From contig JBAXLC010000001.1 of NCBI GenBank assembly GCA_037135015.1, positions 1-49,354 of the forward strand: 49,354 nt of DNA. Reading direction: 5' to 3'. Positions within the stretch are counted from its first letter, which is position 1. Each line of letters starts with the position of its first letter. Both the position numbers and the translations under genes were made by a program. The notes under the pieces were generated by a model, which was not told the origin of the DNA, searched no databases, and worked only from the letters and a program-made list of their open reading frames with translations. The stretch comes from a bacterium. Lineage in GTDB: Bacteria; Chloroflexota; Limnocylindria; Limnocylindrales; Limnocylindraceae. Below, one piece after another: positions 1 through 8,679 of this stretch.

Positions 1-66
1 ACCATTCGCCCAGCGAATCGTCGCGGGTAGCTCTCTGGTGTGCGCAGCTGCGCACTGCGAGCGATC

Positions 67-447
67 ATGAATATTCGCCGATTCGGCCCTGGCCATCGAC
101 GTGCCGATCACGCTCCGGGCTCCCAGGGTGTTCTCAGTAGCGCCATCTTCTCAAACGACATTGCGCAGATCACCGAGTTTACGGTCACACCGGGCGGTGC
201 CTACGGTCCACTTCGCAGCGCTGGTGATGTTGTGCTCGTGGTGATTGAGGGCGGCGGTTGGGTCACCGCACGTGAAACGCTCGTGCAACTTGCCGCCGGT
301 GAGTCGCTACATCTTGAGCGACTGACGCCGTACAGCGTTGCTGCACGAGAGTTGCCGCTACGCGCGATCCTCGTCGAGCTTTCTGCGGGCAGCGGTGCTG
401 ATTCTGCTCGCACCATAGGCGCCAGCGGCGGCGGCACAGAGGAGTAG
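67..447 (+). CDS. small cupin-fold-like protein, function unknown
   Basis: ORF 40..447; ATG at 67 preferred. The segment VVLVVIEGGGWV...LAAGESLHL fits a cupin beta-barrel core pattern but lacks the usual His ligands. The last 90 nt overlap the convergent gene 358..4542. Confidence 0.45.
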   Translation: MNIRRFGPGHRRADHAPGSQGVLSSAIFSNDIAQITEFTVTPGGAYGPLRSAGDVVLVVIEGGGWVTARETLVQLAAGESLHLERLTPYSVAARELPLRAILVELSAGSGADSARTIGASGGGTEE

Positions 448-3400
448 TACTCCGACAACAAGCGTCGCGCTGCTAACCAGTGCGGTTTCGGCTGGGCTTT
501 CAAGGGTGACACCGAACTGGAACGGCCACGTCCATGTTGGAAGCACTCCTTGATACCAGTTGTGTAGGCCGGCTGGAAGCGGCAGCGCCGACCAGTTCGG
601 ATACCAGATGAGTGCGACCGCTGCGATACTGCTAACGGTGATGGTGAAGATGCGTCGCACATCTCGCGCACCAACGATCGACCACGCAGCAACCGTCGCC
701 GGAACTAGTGCAATTGCACCGACGAGTGGTCCTGGTGTGCCGAATCCTCCGGAGAGGCAGACCTGACTCTCTGGGTAGACGCTTCCCACGCCTGCGAGCG
801 TACAGAGAAGACCAGTGGCCATCCAGAGCACTGGAGCCACAAGCACCGCGCATGCGCCACCGATGCGCACGATCTGCGCGGCACGCAGTGATCCGGCGCG
901 AAGATCGGCCAAGAGCAGCGCGAGTCCGATCAGGGCGATCTGTGATGTTGGGTAGTAATGATATTGAAATGCGGCGCGATCAATGCGTGCCCATGGCAGC
1001 CAAAGTGCAAGGCCAAGAACGAGCACCGATGCGAGGCCCCAACTTCGTCGTCGCCATGCCTCCACTGTGAGCCAGAGGGCGCCGCCGATACTAAAGACGC
1101 GCGAGAGCACGTTGCCGCCGTCGTACACCGCGGCGGTCCACGAGCCGCCGCCAGTGGTGAAGCTTGATTGGAAGAACCAGACGGGCTTCAAGTCGAGTGG
1201 CCACGCCCACCAAGGTGAGCTCGCGGCGTGTGCTACGCGAAGCGTGTCGTGATACTGATACATGGACGCTGTGAGGTCGGTCAGTGTCTGTCCGGTGTTG
1301 CCGATCGGCCAACCAGTAATCAACTGGTTGCCGAGCGCTGCCCACGGCAGGTAGCTCGCGATGTAGACGCCGAGCGGGAGTGCGGCCAGTGTCAAGAAGA
1401 TGAGGGTCGCTTCGCCTGGGAGCGTGAGCAACCCAAGAAGAGAGCGTGGGGTTGCGTCGCGTCGTGAGATGCCACCCGCGCGATAGATCGCCGCGCCTGT
1501 CGCCGCGAGGAGGAGTGCCAACACAGCGGCGAACGGCAGGTTCGGGATGCGAGTGGAGCCGTCGGCAACCGCGAGCGCTGGTGGAAGGAGCACGGCACCG
1601 AGGAGGGCGAGCCCGCCCGCCACCAGTAGACGCCCAGGTGCTGTTCGCGCGAGCCAGATGATGCCGAGGCCAAAGATGCCGTAAATGGCGACCCACTTGC
1701 TCGCGAGTGCGCCGCCGAGCAGGAGACCAGCCATAAGGAGGAGGAGCCCCCCGGAGAGGGCACCGCGGACGCGGCCTTGCAGCCATGCCACGAAGGCGGC
1801 CGCGCCACCGAGCAGAAGGGCGAGAAGGTAGACGTCATTCATGCCGATGCGGCTCTGCACGAATCCTGCCCCATCGAGCAGGGCGAGAACCCCGACAAGG
1901 GCGGCAACGTCGCGGCGCTCCGTAAGGAGCCGAGCCAGGAGCACTAGGAGGGCTGCGGCAAGCGCGCCGGCAATCACCCCAGGCCAACGCCAGCCAGCGG
2001 CGAGGTCACCCACGTTCACCTGTGTCATCGCACCTGATGGCGCCGCAAGGAGTAGCTCGCCGTTGCCGCCATCGGCACGCTCGGGTGATGCGTCGAGGGC
2101 TGCGCCGCTTACGCCAAGCGTGAGCGCATCGGCGCCCACAGCAACATCGGCAAACCGGGCGTTGCCGTTCGGTTCAATTGTCCACAGCGATGCGCCAGTG
2201 CCGTCGGGCCCAGGTGCCACTACGTGCACCATGCGACTCGCATCGCTAGGCACGATCGCCGTAGCGCCCGGAATCGTGATCTGCGCCATGAGGGTCACGA
2301 TCTCATTTTTTGCGTTGTACACGCGTACGCCGTCGCGACTTGCTACGTAGAGTCGCGGTGAGTCAAACCAGTCGACTGCGACAACGGCAGCTGCGCCCCC
2401 ATCAATGGGTGACGATCGCATCGCCGACAGGTCACGCGCTGCGTAGCTCGTCAGCCCACTTGCGCTCGTCACAAAGATCCGCTCTTCGCCATCTACCGTG
2501 AGTGCGATTGCTGATGAGCCGCGCGCCAGTGGCGCGCTCGCCACACTAACTCCATCGCGCACGAGCAGCACCTGGTTCCGCTGCACGAGCGCAACGTCGC
2601 CGCTGGTTAGTGGCGCAATTCCGAAAATAGTTCCGCCGGATACCGACCACGTGCGCAGGCCACTCGTGCCGCCTTGATCGGCAGTGGCGCGGTCGGCAGA
2701 GAAGATTGTGCCGCTTGCGGTCGCGCCCCAAAGAGAGCCGTCGTGGGCGGCAAATAGTTGCGACACATCGTGCAGTGGAAGCGCGCCAAGAACTGCGCGC
2801 GTTGACGCATCGAGCACGCTGATCTCATCCGGCCCGGCAATCCAGATCCTGCCAGGGCTTAACGCGTCCTCTGGCCGAGCGGCAATTGCACCGATCGTTG
2901 TTGCGTATGTTGTTTGTGCGTCAACGCGGGGTGCACCAAACGTTTCTAGGCCGAGTGCGATGAGGTACTTAGCGAGGTGTGGGTGTGTGTACTCGTAGAT
3001 CGCATGCGGCTCGCCGTACTTCCAGTTTTGCATGAACTCTGTTGCAGTTCGTACGTGATAGACCTCATCAAACTGGAAGTGTGTCGGCTCACCAACGCGC
3101 CAGCCCCTCAGCGACAGGGTGCTCACTGTCACCAGAATTAAGAGCCAGAGATCAATTCGTGTAAGGGTCCGGCGAGGCTCTGGCTTGGCGATCACGGCCC
3201 GTCGTGGCACAGCATCGACACGTTTCTGTTGTGCAGCCAATGGTCTCGCACTCGCCGTACGTTTCTCGTTCTTCCACGCTAGCCAGATTGCTGCAACCAG
3301 CGTTGCAGTAATTGCGATCGCGGTAGCCGATACCGCGACTGATGTATGTAGCGCATCGGTAAAGACGCCAAGGTTTGGCAGGCCTGGGTTTTGGAAGTAC

Positions 3401-4542
3401 GAGATGGTGAGTACTCCCCAGCTGTTCGCAAGGAAGGCGACGGAGGTTGCGATGGCAATCCAGCGCCATGCGGGTCGCGCAGCGGCGAGTGCAATCGTGA
3501 GTGGAATCGCTGGGAAGAGGTATCGCTCATGGACGCGCGTAGGCAGAACGAAGAATGCGATGGCGAGGATGGCAACAGCGGTGACGGTTCGGATCGCTGT
3601 GTCACGTCGTACGTATCGCATTGCAACGAGTACGGCGGCGGCGATCGCTGCGCTACCGATAGCGACTCCTGGGATTCCAATGAGCGGGAGTGGGTCGATA
3701 TCGGAGGCCCACCCGGTTGCATCAACGACCGCGCGCCCGCCGACCGAGATGAGCGCCCAGGGGTTCCAGGCGTTCACCGAAAGGTATGGATAGCCGCCTG
3801 CCGCCTCTGCGATTTTGGCGAGCACATCAGGAAGCGTGAGCCCGAATGGGAGGGCGGCGAGGGCAATGGTGGCGGCGCCAGCGAGGCCCGCTACGACGAA
3901 GGCCCAGGGGTCGCGCGCCGACCGCGCTCGCACAAAGGCGAGGACGCCAACGATGGGGATCAGGATGCCGAACTGTGGTTTAAGCACCGCCGCAAGGGCG
4001 GCGAACACCGCACCGCGAACAGTTTGGCCACGGATGAGCGCCGAGAGCGAGTAGAGGAGGGCGGCGGTTCCAATGGAGTCAACTTGTCCCCATACGGCCG
4101 AATCGAGCCAGACCATTGGGCCAATGGCCATGGCGATGGCGGCGGCGAGCTGACCGCGCCGTGGTGCGCCGAGGTCGGCGGCGAGTCGCACCGTTGCGAG
4201 TACCAGTAGGCCGTCGGCGAGAATCGCGGGGAGCTTTATGAGCGCCCCTGGGTCAGTGCTGCCAGTGATGAGTGCGCCGACCGAACCGAGCGCCCACAGG
4301 ATCCACATGTAGCCGGGGAGATAGTCGACAAAGATTCCGCGCGTATAGAAACCCCACGGTCCGCGGGTCCCCAATTCAGACGCCCACGCTCGGAATGAGT
4401 TGAGGTCGGCGGAAAATCCTGCGTCTGGAGGGAGTGCGACGTATGCGATGATCACCCGCAAGAGAATCCCGAGTGCAGCGATCAGCGCAATGGCGCGAAG
4501 ACTGACCTGTTCGGTTTGTCGACGGGCCGTCTGAGAAGTCAT
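358..4542 (-). CDS. giant polytopic membrane glycosyltransferase: two GT-C-type modules fused (N-terminal Gpi18/DUF2029-like module plus PMT/GT39-like module carrying a soluble repeat insert)
   Basis: 1394-aa ORF with more than 20 hydrophobic helices. Module 1 (aa 1-425) has the loop motif FVDYLPGYMWILW. Module 2 starts with a TM helix followed by FQFDEVYHVRTATEF and THPHLAKYLIALG (PMT/ArnT-like DE and HPxL motifs), and ends with YHDTLRVAHAASSPWWAWPLDLKPVWFF (PMT C-terminal-like). Residues ~537-850 are non-hydrophobic with repeated strand motifs. Confidence 0.8.
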   Translation of the reverse strand: MTSQTARRQTEQVSLRAIALIAALGILLRVIIAYVALPPDAGFSADLNSFRAWASELGTRGPWGFYTRGIFVDYLPGYMWILWALGSVGALITGSTDPGALIKLPAILADGLLVLATVRLAADLGAPRRGQLAAAIAMAIGPMVWLDSAVWGQVDSIGTAALLYSLSALIRGQTVRGAVFAALAAVLKPQFGILIPIVGVLAFVRARSARDPWAFVVAGLAGAATIALAALPFGLTLPDVLAKIAEAAGGYPYLSVNAWNPWALISVGGRAVVDATGWASDIDPLPLIGIPGVAIGSAAIAAAVLVAMRYVRRDTAIRTVTAVAILAIAFFVLPTRVHERYLFPAIPLTIALAAARPAWRWIAIATSVAFLANSWGVLTISYFQNPGLPNLGVFTDALHTSVAVSATAIAITATLVAAIWLAWKNEKRTASARPLAAQQKRVDAVPRRAVIAKPEPRRTLTRIDLWLLILVTVSTLSLRGWRVGEPTHFQFDEVYHVRTATEFMQNWKYGEPHAIYEYTHPHLAKYLIALGLETFGAPRVDAQTTYATTIGAIAARPEDALSPGRIWIAGPDEISVLDASTRAVLGALPLHDVSQLFAAHDGSLWGATASGTIFSADRATADQGGTSGLRTWSVSGGTIFGIAPLTSGDVALVQRNQVLLVRDGVSVASAPLARGSSAIALTVDGEERIFVTSASGLTSYAARDLSAMRSSPIDGGAAAVVAVDWFDSPRLYVASRDGVRVYNAKNEIVTLMAQITIPGATAIVPSDASRMVHVVAPGPDGTGASLWTIEPNGNARFADVAVGADALTLGVSGAALDASPERADGGNGELLLAAPSGAMTQVNVGDLAAGWRWPGVIAGALAAALLVLLARLLTERRDVAALVGVLALLDGAGFVQSRIGMNDVYLLALLLGGAAAFVAWLQGRVRGALSGGLLLLMAGLLLGGALASKWVAIYGIFGLGIIWLARTAPGRLLVAGGLALLGAVLLPPALAVADGSTRIPNLPFAAVLALLLAATGAAIYRAGGISRRDATPRSLLGLLTLPGEATLIFLTLAALPLGVYIASYLPWAALGNQLITGWPIGNTGQTLTDLTASMYQYHDTLRVAHAASSPWWAWPLDLKPVWFFQSSFTTGGGSWTAAVYDGGNVLSRVFSIGGALWLTVEAWRRRSWGLASVLVLGLALWLPWARIDRAAFQYHYYPTSQIALIGLALLLADLRAGSLRAAQIVRIGGACAVLVAPVLWMATGLLCTLAGVGSVYPESQVCLSGGFGTPGPLVGAIALVPATVAAWSIVGARDVRRIFTITVSSIAAVALIWYPNWSALPLPAGLHNWYQGVLPTWTWPFQFGVTLESPAETALVSSATLVVGVLLLCAAAAGAYGASRISTAARRKLDEDRA

Positions 4543-4567
4543 CTACCGAGTGTAGCGGTGAAGGGGG

Positions 4568-5332
4568 TTGTGGAAGGTGCCACTGCAAGAACTCTCACTC
4601 TTCTTCCCGTGCCACAACGAGGCCGACAACCTTGAGGCGCTCGTTGCCGATGCGCTCGCGGCGCTCCCCGCTCTTGCCACCACTTACGAGATCATTCTCG
4701 TTGACGATGGTTCGCGCGATGACACCGCTGGTGTAGCCGAGCGCCTTGTACAGCGAAACCGTGGAATCGTACGCTTGATACGCCACGACGTGAATCGCGG
4801 ATACGGTGGCGCGCTGCGCTCAGGGTTTGCGGCGGCACGGTACGACCACCTTGCCTACACCGACGGCGATCGGCAATTTCGTGTGACTGACCTTGCGCGC
4901 CTTGTTGAGCGTGCCGAGGCTACGCACGCGCCAGTAGTGATTGGGTATCGCTTAAAGCGTGCTGATCCGCTGCTTCGTCTTATCTACGCCACGTTCTATC
5001 GTATTGCGAATCGCATCTGGTTCGGACTGCGTGTCCGTGACGTTGACTGCGCCGCAAAGCTCTTCCGTCGTGACGCGCTGCGGGGAATCAGCGTGCACTC
5101 TGATGGCGCCTTCTTTTCCGCAGAGCTGCTTATTCGATTGCGCGTTGCTGGAGTGAAGATCTCTGAGGTTGGTGTGCCGCACTATCCGCGTACCGCTGGT
5201 TCACCAACAGGGGCGCGCATCTCAGTTATTGCGCGAGCTATTCGCGACTTCTGGTCGCTGCGGATTGGACTTTGGATGAACCGCTCCCGAACGCTTGCAC
5301 GCGGTCGCGCGCTGCTGAACGACGAGCGCTAG
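4568..5332 (+). CDS. family 2 glycosyltransferase, polyprenyl-phosphate mannose/glucose synthase-like
   Basis: LSLFFPCHNEADNLE...ILVDDGSRDDT...YTDGDRQF is a GT-A/GT2 signature. The track start is TTG 4568; GTG 4577 has better spacing to AAGGGGG. It lies 25 bp divergent from the GT-C gene. Confidence 0.85.
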   Translation: MWKVPLQELSLFFPCHNEADNLEALVADALAALPALATTYEIILVDDGSRDDTAGVAERLVQRNRGIVRLIRHDVNRGYGGALRSGFAAARYDHLAYTDGDRQFRVTDLARLVERAEATHAPVVIGYRLKRADPLLRLIYATFYRIANRIWFGLRVRDVDCAAKLFRRDALRGISVHSDGAFFSAELLIRLRVAGVKISEVGVPHYPRTAGSPTGARISVIARAIRDFWSLRIGLWMNRSRTLARGRALLNDER

Positions 5333-5817
5333 CGTGCTGCCGGTGGCTCCTCGCCGTCGAGCGAGTTAACAAAGTCACGGAAGAGTGAGAGTCGCTCCTC
5401 TTCAGCGGCCTCCGGGACAATCCCCTCCGTTGAGAGCAGTTCTGCTGAGATAAAGATTGGAGCTTCGGCGCGTAGCGCCAGCGCAACTGCATCGCTCGGT
5501 CGCGCGTCGAGCTCTGCCTCTTCGCCGCCTGGGGCAACCATCAGCATCCGCGCGCGGAACGTTTCGTCGCGAACCTCGGTGATGCGCACTTCGCGCAGTG
5601 TTGCCCCTATGGCGCGAATGGCGCGGAGCGCCGTGTCATGCGTTAGTGGGCGTTCTGGTGTGATGCCCTGAAGGTGATAGGCGATGGCGCTAGCTTCGTT
5701 GGGTCCAATCGGAATCGGCAGGTAGCGCGCCTCTTCAGCGTCGCGAAGGAGCAGCACGTGCGTTCCAGAGATCATCTGGATCCGTACCCCCTCAACCACC
5801 GCGCGTCGTAGTTCCAT
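5329..5817 (-). CDS. bifunctional nuclease (BFN/DUF151) family protein
   Basis: 162 aa. LLLRDAEEARYLPIPIGPNEASAIA...RPLTHD...ARPSDAVALALR matches the DUF151 pattern. Its stop overlaps the convergent GT2 stop (CTAG, 5329-5332). Confidence 0.8.
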   Translation of the reverse strand: MELRRAVVEGVRIQMISGTHVLLLRDAEEARYLPIPIGPNEASAIAYHLQGITPERPLTHDTALRAIRAIGATLREVRITEVRDETFRARMLMVAPGGEEAELDARPSDAVALALRAEAPIFISAELLSTEGIVPEAAEEERLSLFRDFVNSLDGEEPPAAR

Positions 5818-5835
5818 CGCTCTATGATCGCACGC

Positions 5836-8322
5836 TTACGGCGTAGGAATTGGGGTCTCAATCACTGGATCAGGCGTTGGGTCAGCGCTCGCCCCTGGCT
5901 CTTGTGTCACCGGTTTTCCAAGCACAGCGCTACGAACGCGCCCCGCCTCAGCCCAGACAAACGTTGGCGCCCCGCCGTCAGCGGCCGGGAGGATGTATCC
6001 GCCGAGAATCTCGCCGACTGAATCAGCACCGTCGCTGATGGTGTACTGCGCGAGCATCGCGCCGGATGATGCTTTGCTGTACGCGATCACTCGATGTGCG
6101 CTGCTATCCCAGACGTAGATGATCCCCGTTCGGCTTGCCCCTGTGGACATAAGGAGCGTTGGGGTAAGGAGGGGGCGGAGCAGCTCGTCGCCGATCTCTG
6201 CTGGGCTCCAGTCGTCAGGCGCCCCGCCGGAGTAGCGGCGCAGAACACCGCCGCTTGTCATATACACGTCGCCGTCGATTGCGATGCCTGTCATCGCGCC
6301 GAGCGACATCGGGTTGATCAGATACGCCGTTGGGGTCGCGGGGTAACCCGTGCCGTCGGGGGCTGGCTGGTAGCGCAGGATCTGACGCGCAGAGGGGTCA
6401 ACCACATAGAGGCGATAGAGCCCTGTCCCCGAGTCTGCTGCGAACCCAATGATCGCTTTAACATCGCTCCCCCACAGTTCGCCGTCGCGAACGCGAAGCT
6501 TGACCAGTGTCCCCTTACCGGCCCCGTCAGATGGGCGCCAGCGCCAGAGGTTAGAGGAAGCGTCAAACACCACGAGGTCTGGTCCAGCCGCGGTGAGAAG
6601 GAGTGCGCGCCCAGTACGCGTGCCGTACAGGTCGAATCCTGGTTGGTACACCACGGTTGCGCGCCCGCGCGCAGCATCGATGCGGTACACCGCGCCCGTC
6701 ACCTTATCGATGACATACGGCAGACCGTCTGGCCCTTGAACAACCGCTTGAATCTCAACAGTTGCGCCGGCCGCTTGAAAATCAAAGAGCCCGATTGGGG
6801 TTAGCGTGTTCACTAGGAAGATTTTGTTCAGTGTCTCTGTGGCCTGCGCTCGGAGCAATGTAGTTTGGGTGAGTGGGCTGCCGCCGGCCTCTGCGAGATT
6901 AAGATTGGCAACGGCGGCCAGTAGCAGACTCTTCACGCGCGCGGGGTCATTAACAAGAAGGTTGGTCTGGGGGTCAAGCGCTTCGGTAATGCCGATCTCT
7001 GCGCTTCGTAGCGCCTCGCGGGCCTTCGCTGCCGAATCAAGCTCGGGTGTTGACCCGTTCAGCACGAGCGCTGTTGCACCACCAACACCGGCGACCAGCA
7101 CCGCTGCGAGAAGGAGCGCGGCTGAGCGGCGTCGGCGTGCGCGTTGCACGTCTTGCTCCGCCTGCTCGTCGCCCCCTTTTGCTGCTCGAAGCGTTGGCTC
7201 GCTTGGGGTAATCGTTAGCCACGGTGCCCGACGTTCAATCTCATTCGCGATGCGCGCAGCGGCGCGCCGCCAGAACGACGTTGACGTTGCCGCGCGCTCT
7301 CGCCACGATCGTTCGACTCGTGGCTCGGCTGCGACGCGATGCTCTGCCCGCAGCCGCGCCTCCGCGCGTGCAGCTTCTTGTGCTGCGCGCACGGCGTCGC
7401 TTGTGCGCTGGTCGCGTGCTGGTGGTGGTTGGCTCTTTCCTCGCGCACGTGCCTCCGCCCCGCTTCGTGCACTTGGGCGCCGCGCGTCAATCACCGCCTG
7501 CGCTGCGGTGTCAATCGGCTCATACGGTTGCGTGTGGGCGTCAGGCCGATTCGGGTCGGCTTTCGCCGCCGCTGGTTTTGCGGCAGCGATGCGCGCTTCT
7601 CGCTCAAGGTTCCCTTCTTCCCAACGTGTGCGCGCGTTGATCTTTGCGACGGCAATTGGATCAGTTGGAACGTTGATGAGGGTGTCTGACTCAGGCGTGG
7701 TTCGCGCAACAACCTTTCGCACGGGCAGCAGCACTTCGAGGAGCACTGCCGGGTAGGCAAGTGGCGTAAGGGCGCCGCTTGCAGGCGTTTGTGTTTTCAC
7801 GGCGCGCTTTGCCTCTTCTGCTGTGATCGCCATCGCCACGCGGTCTTCGGGAGACATCGAGAGTCGTGTTGCTGAGATTCCACCGCGCTCTAGCGTGCGC
7901 GATGAAGCGCCGGGTGCGTCGTCTGGCAACATGATTGTTGACATACGTCCCTCTGTTGTTCGGCGTGCGGCAATCGCTACACCGCTGGTGCGTGCGACAA
8001 GGACCTCGTTGCGCGATAGCGCCACAAGCCCAACCGCGACCTTCTCGCCAAGTTGCTTCTGCGCAGCTGCGAGCGCGCGGCGCGCTCGCTCGGCCGGGCT
8101 AGCTGAAGCGTCGTTGTCATAAAGGTTTAAGGTTTCGTTCGCCGCTTTCTGTAGTTGGTCAGCTGTAGCGCCAGTGAGCGAAATAAGTACGACGCGTGTG
8201 CCGAGTACGCGCTCTTCCGACGGCCCCTTTGGCGGGCGGGCGAGCAGCAGCCAGCCTGGTCCAAACGCTGGCTCGGCCGCCGTGAGTACTGCGGGGTGAA
8301 CGGTTTGTTCGGAGTGGTTCAT
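5836..8322 (-). CDS. hypothetical single-pass membrane protein: cytoplasmic N-domain, Arg/Ala/Glu-rich linker, TM helix (aa ~400-421), extracytoplasmic beta-propeller-like repeats
   Basis: 828-aa ORF beginning 15 nt after the DUF721 stop. RARRRRS precedes the TM helix (positive-inside rule). The C-terminal half carries six repeats of the type hhhhDxxxxxhxRY (LPYVIDKVTGAVYRID, LVVFDASSNLWRWRP, LYVVDPSARQILRYQP, VYMTSGGVLRRYSG, IYVWDSSAHRVIAYSK, TFVWAEAGRVRSAVL). Confidence 0.7.
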   Translation of the reverse strand: MNHSEQTVHPAVLTAAEPAFGPGWLLLARPPKGPSEERVLGTRVVLISLTGATADQLQKAANETLNLYDNDASASPAERARRALAAAQKQLGEKVAVGLVALSRNEVLVARTSGVAIAARRTTEGRMSTIMLPDDAPGASSRTLERGGISATRLSMSPEDRVAMAITAEEAKRAVKTQTPASGALTPLAYPAVLLEVLLPVRKVVARTTPESDTLINVPTDPIAVAKINARTRWEEGNLEREARIAAAKPAAAKADPNRPDAHTQPYEPIDTAAQAVIDARRPSARSGAEARARGKSQPPPARDQRTSDAVRAAQEAARAEARLRAEHRVAAEPRVERSWRERAATSTSFWRRAAARIANEIERRAPWLTITPSEPTLRAAKGGDEQAEQDVQRARRRRSAALLLAAVLVAGVGGATALVLNGSTPELDSAAKAREALRSAEIGITEALDPQTNLLVNDPARVKSLLLAAVANLNLAEAGGSPLTQTTLLRAQATETLNKIFLVNTLTPIGLFDFQAAGATVEIQAVVQGPDGLPYVIDKVTGAVYRIDAARGRATVVYQPGFDLYGTRTGRALLLTAAGPDLVVFDASSNLWRWRPSDGAGKGTLVKLRVRDGELWGSDVKAIIGFAADSGTGLYRLYVVDPSARQILRYQPAPDGTGYPATPTAYLINPMSLGAMTGIAIDGDVYMTSGGVLRRYSGGAPDDWSPAEIGDELLRPLLTPTLLMSTGASRTGIIYVWDSSAHRVIAYSKASSGAMLAQYTISDGADSVGEILGGYILPAADGGAPTFVWAEAGRVRSAVLGKPVTQEPGASADPTPDPVIETPIPTP

Positions 8323-8337
8323 ATAGTGAGAATACGC

Positions 8338-8679
8338 TCAGTCTTGCTCGCTGCCCGGGGTGGCAATTCGTACCGTTAGGCCGATTGAGCGTTCGCCGCC
8401 GGAGCGCTCGCTAAAAGCGCGAGCGAGCTCTGCGCCGCGAAGGTGGAGCTCCTGCGCCGCCACAGGGTTCCGCGCCTCAACAATGAGTCGGCTGCGCTCA
8501 ATGGCAACAAGGTGGCTCACAGGGGCGAGGTGTGGCGCCACTTCTCTCAGGAGATCGCCGAACGCACCCATCGTGCGCGCGAATCGCAACTCCTCTTCAA
8601 AGCCCAAGGCGCGTGCCGCTTCGGGGAGCAGCCCGGCGAGCCCTTCTGGTCGCCCTTTTCGCGTGCGTTTCGCGCTCAC
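8338..8679 (-). CDS. DUF721 domain protein (DciA-like)
   Basis: 113 aa, directly after recF with a GTGA start/stop overlap. The pattern HLVAIERSRLIVEARNPVAAQELHLRGAEL is typical of the DUF721 proteins found next to recF. Confidence 0.75.
   Translation of the reverse strand: MSAKRTRKGRPEGLAGLLPEAARALGFEEELRFARTMGAFGDLLREVAPHLAPVSHLVAIERSRLIVEARNPVAAQELHLRGAELARAFSERSGGERSIGLTVRIATPGSEQD

Noticed and set aside
250-270. Possible second parS (GCACGTGAAACG), plus half-sites near 29531 and 37176
   Set aside because: Only one half of the 16-bp palindrome matches. All lie inside coding sequence, so chance occurrence is likely.
6806-7756. 316-aa plus-strand ORF (and several others) inside the 828-aa gene
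   Set aside because: It is Ser/Ala/Arg-rich antisense shadow. The minus-strand frame has coherent domain architecture: a TM helix with positive-inside residues and regular repeats.
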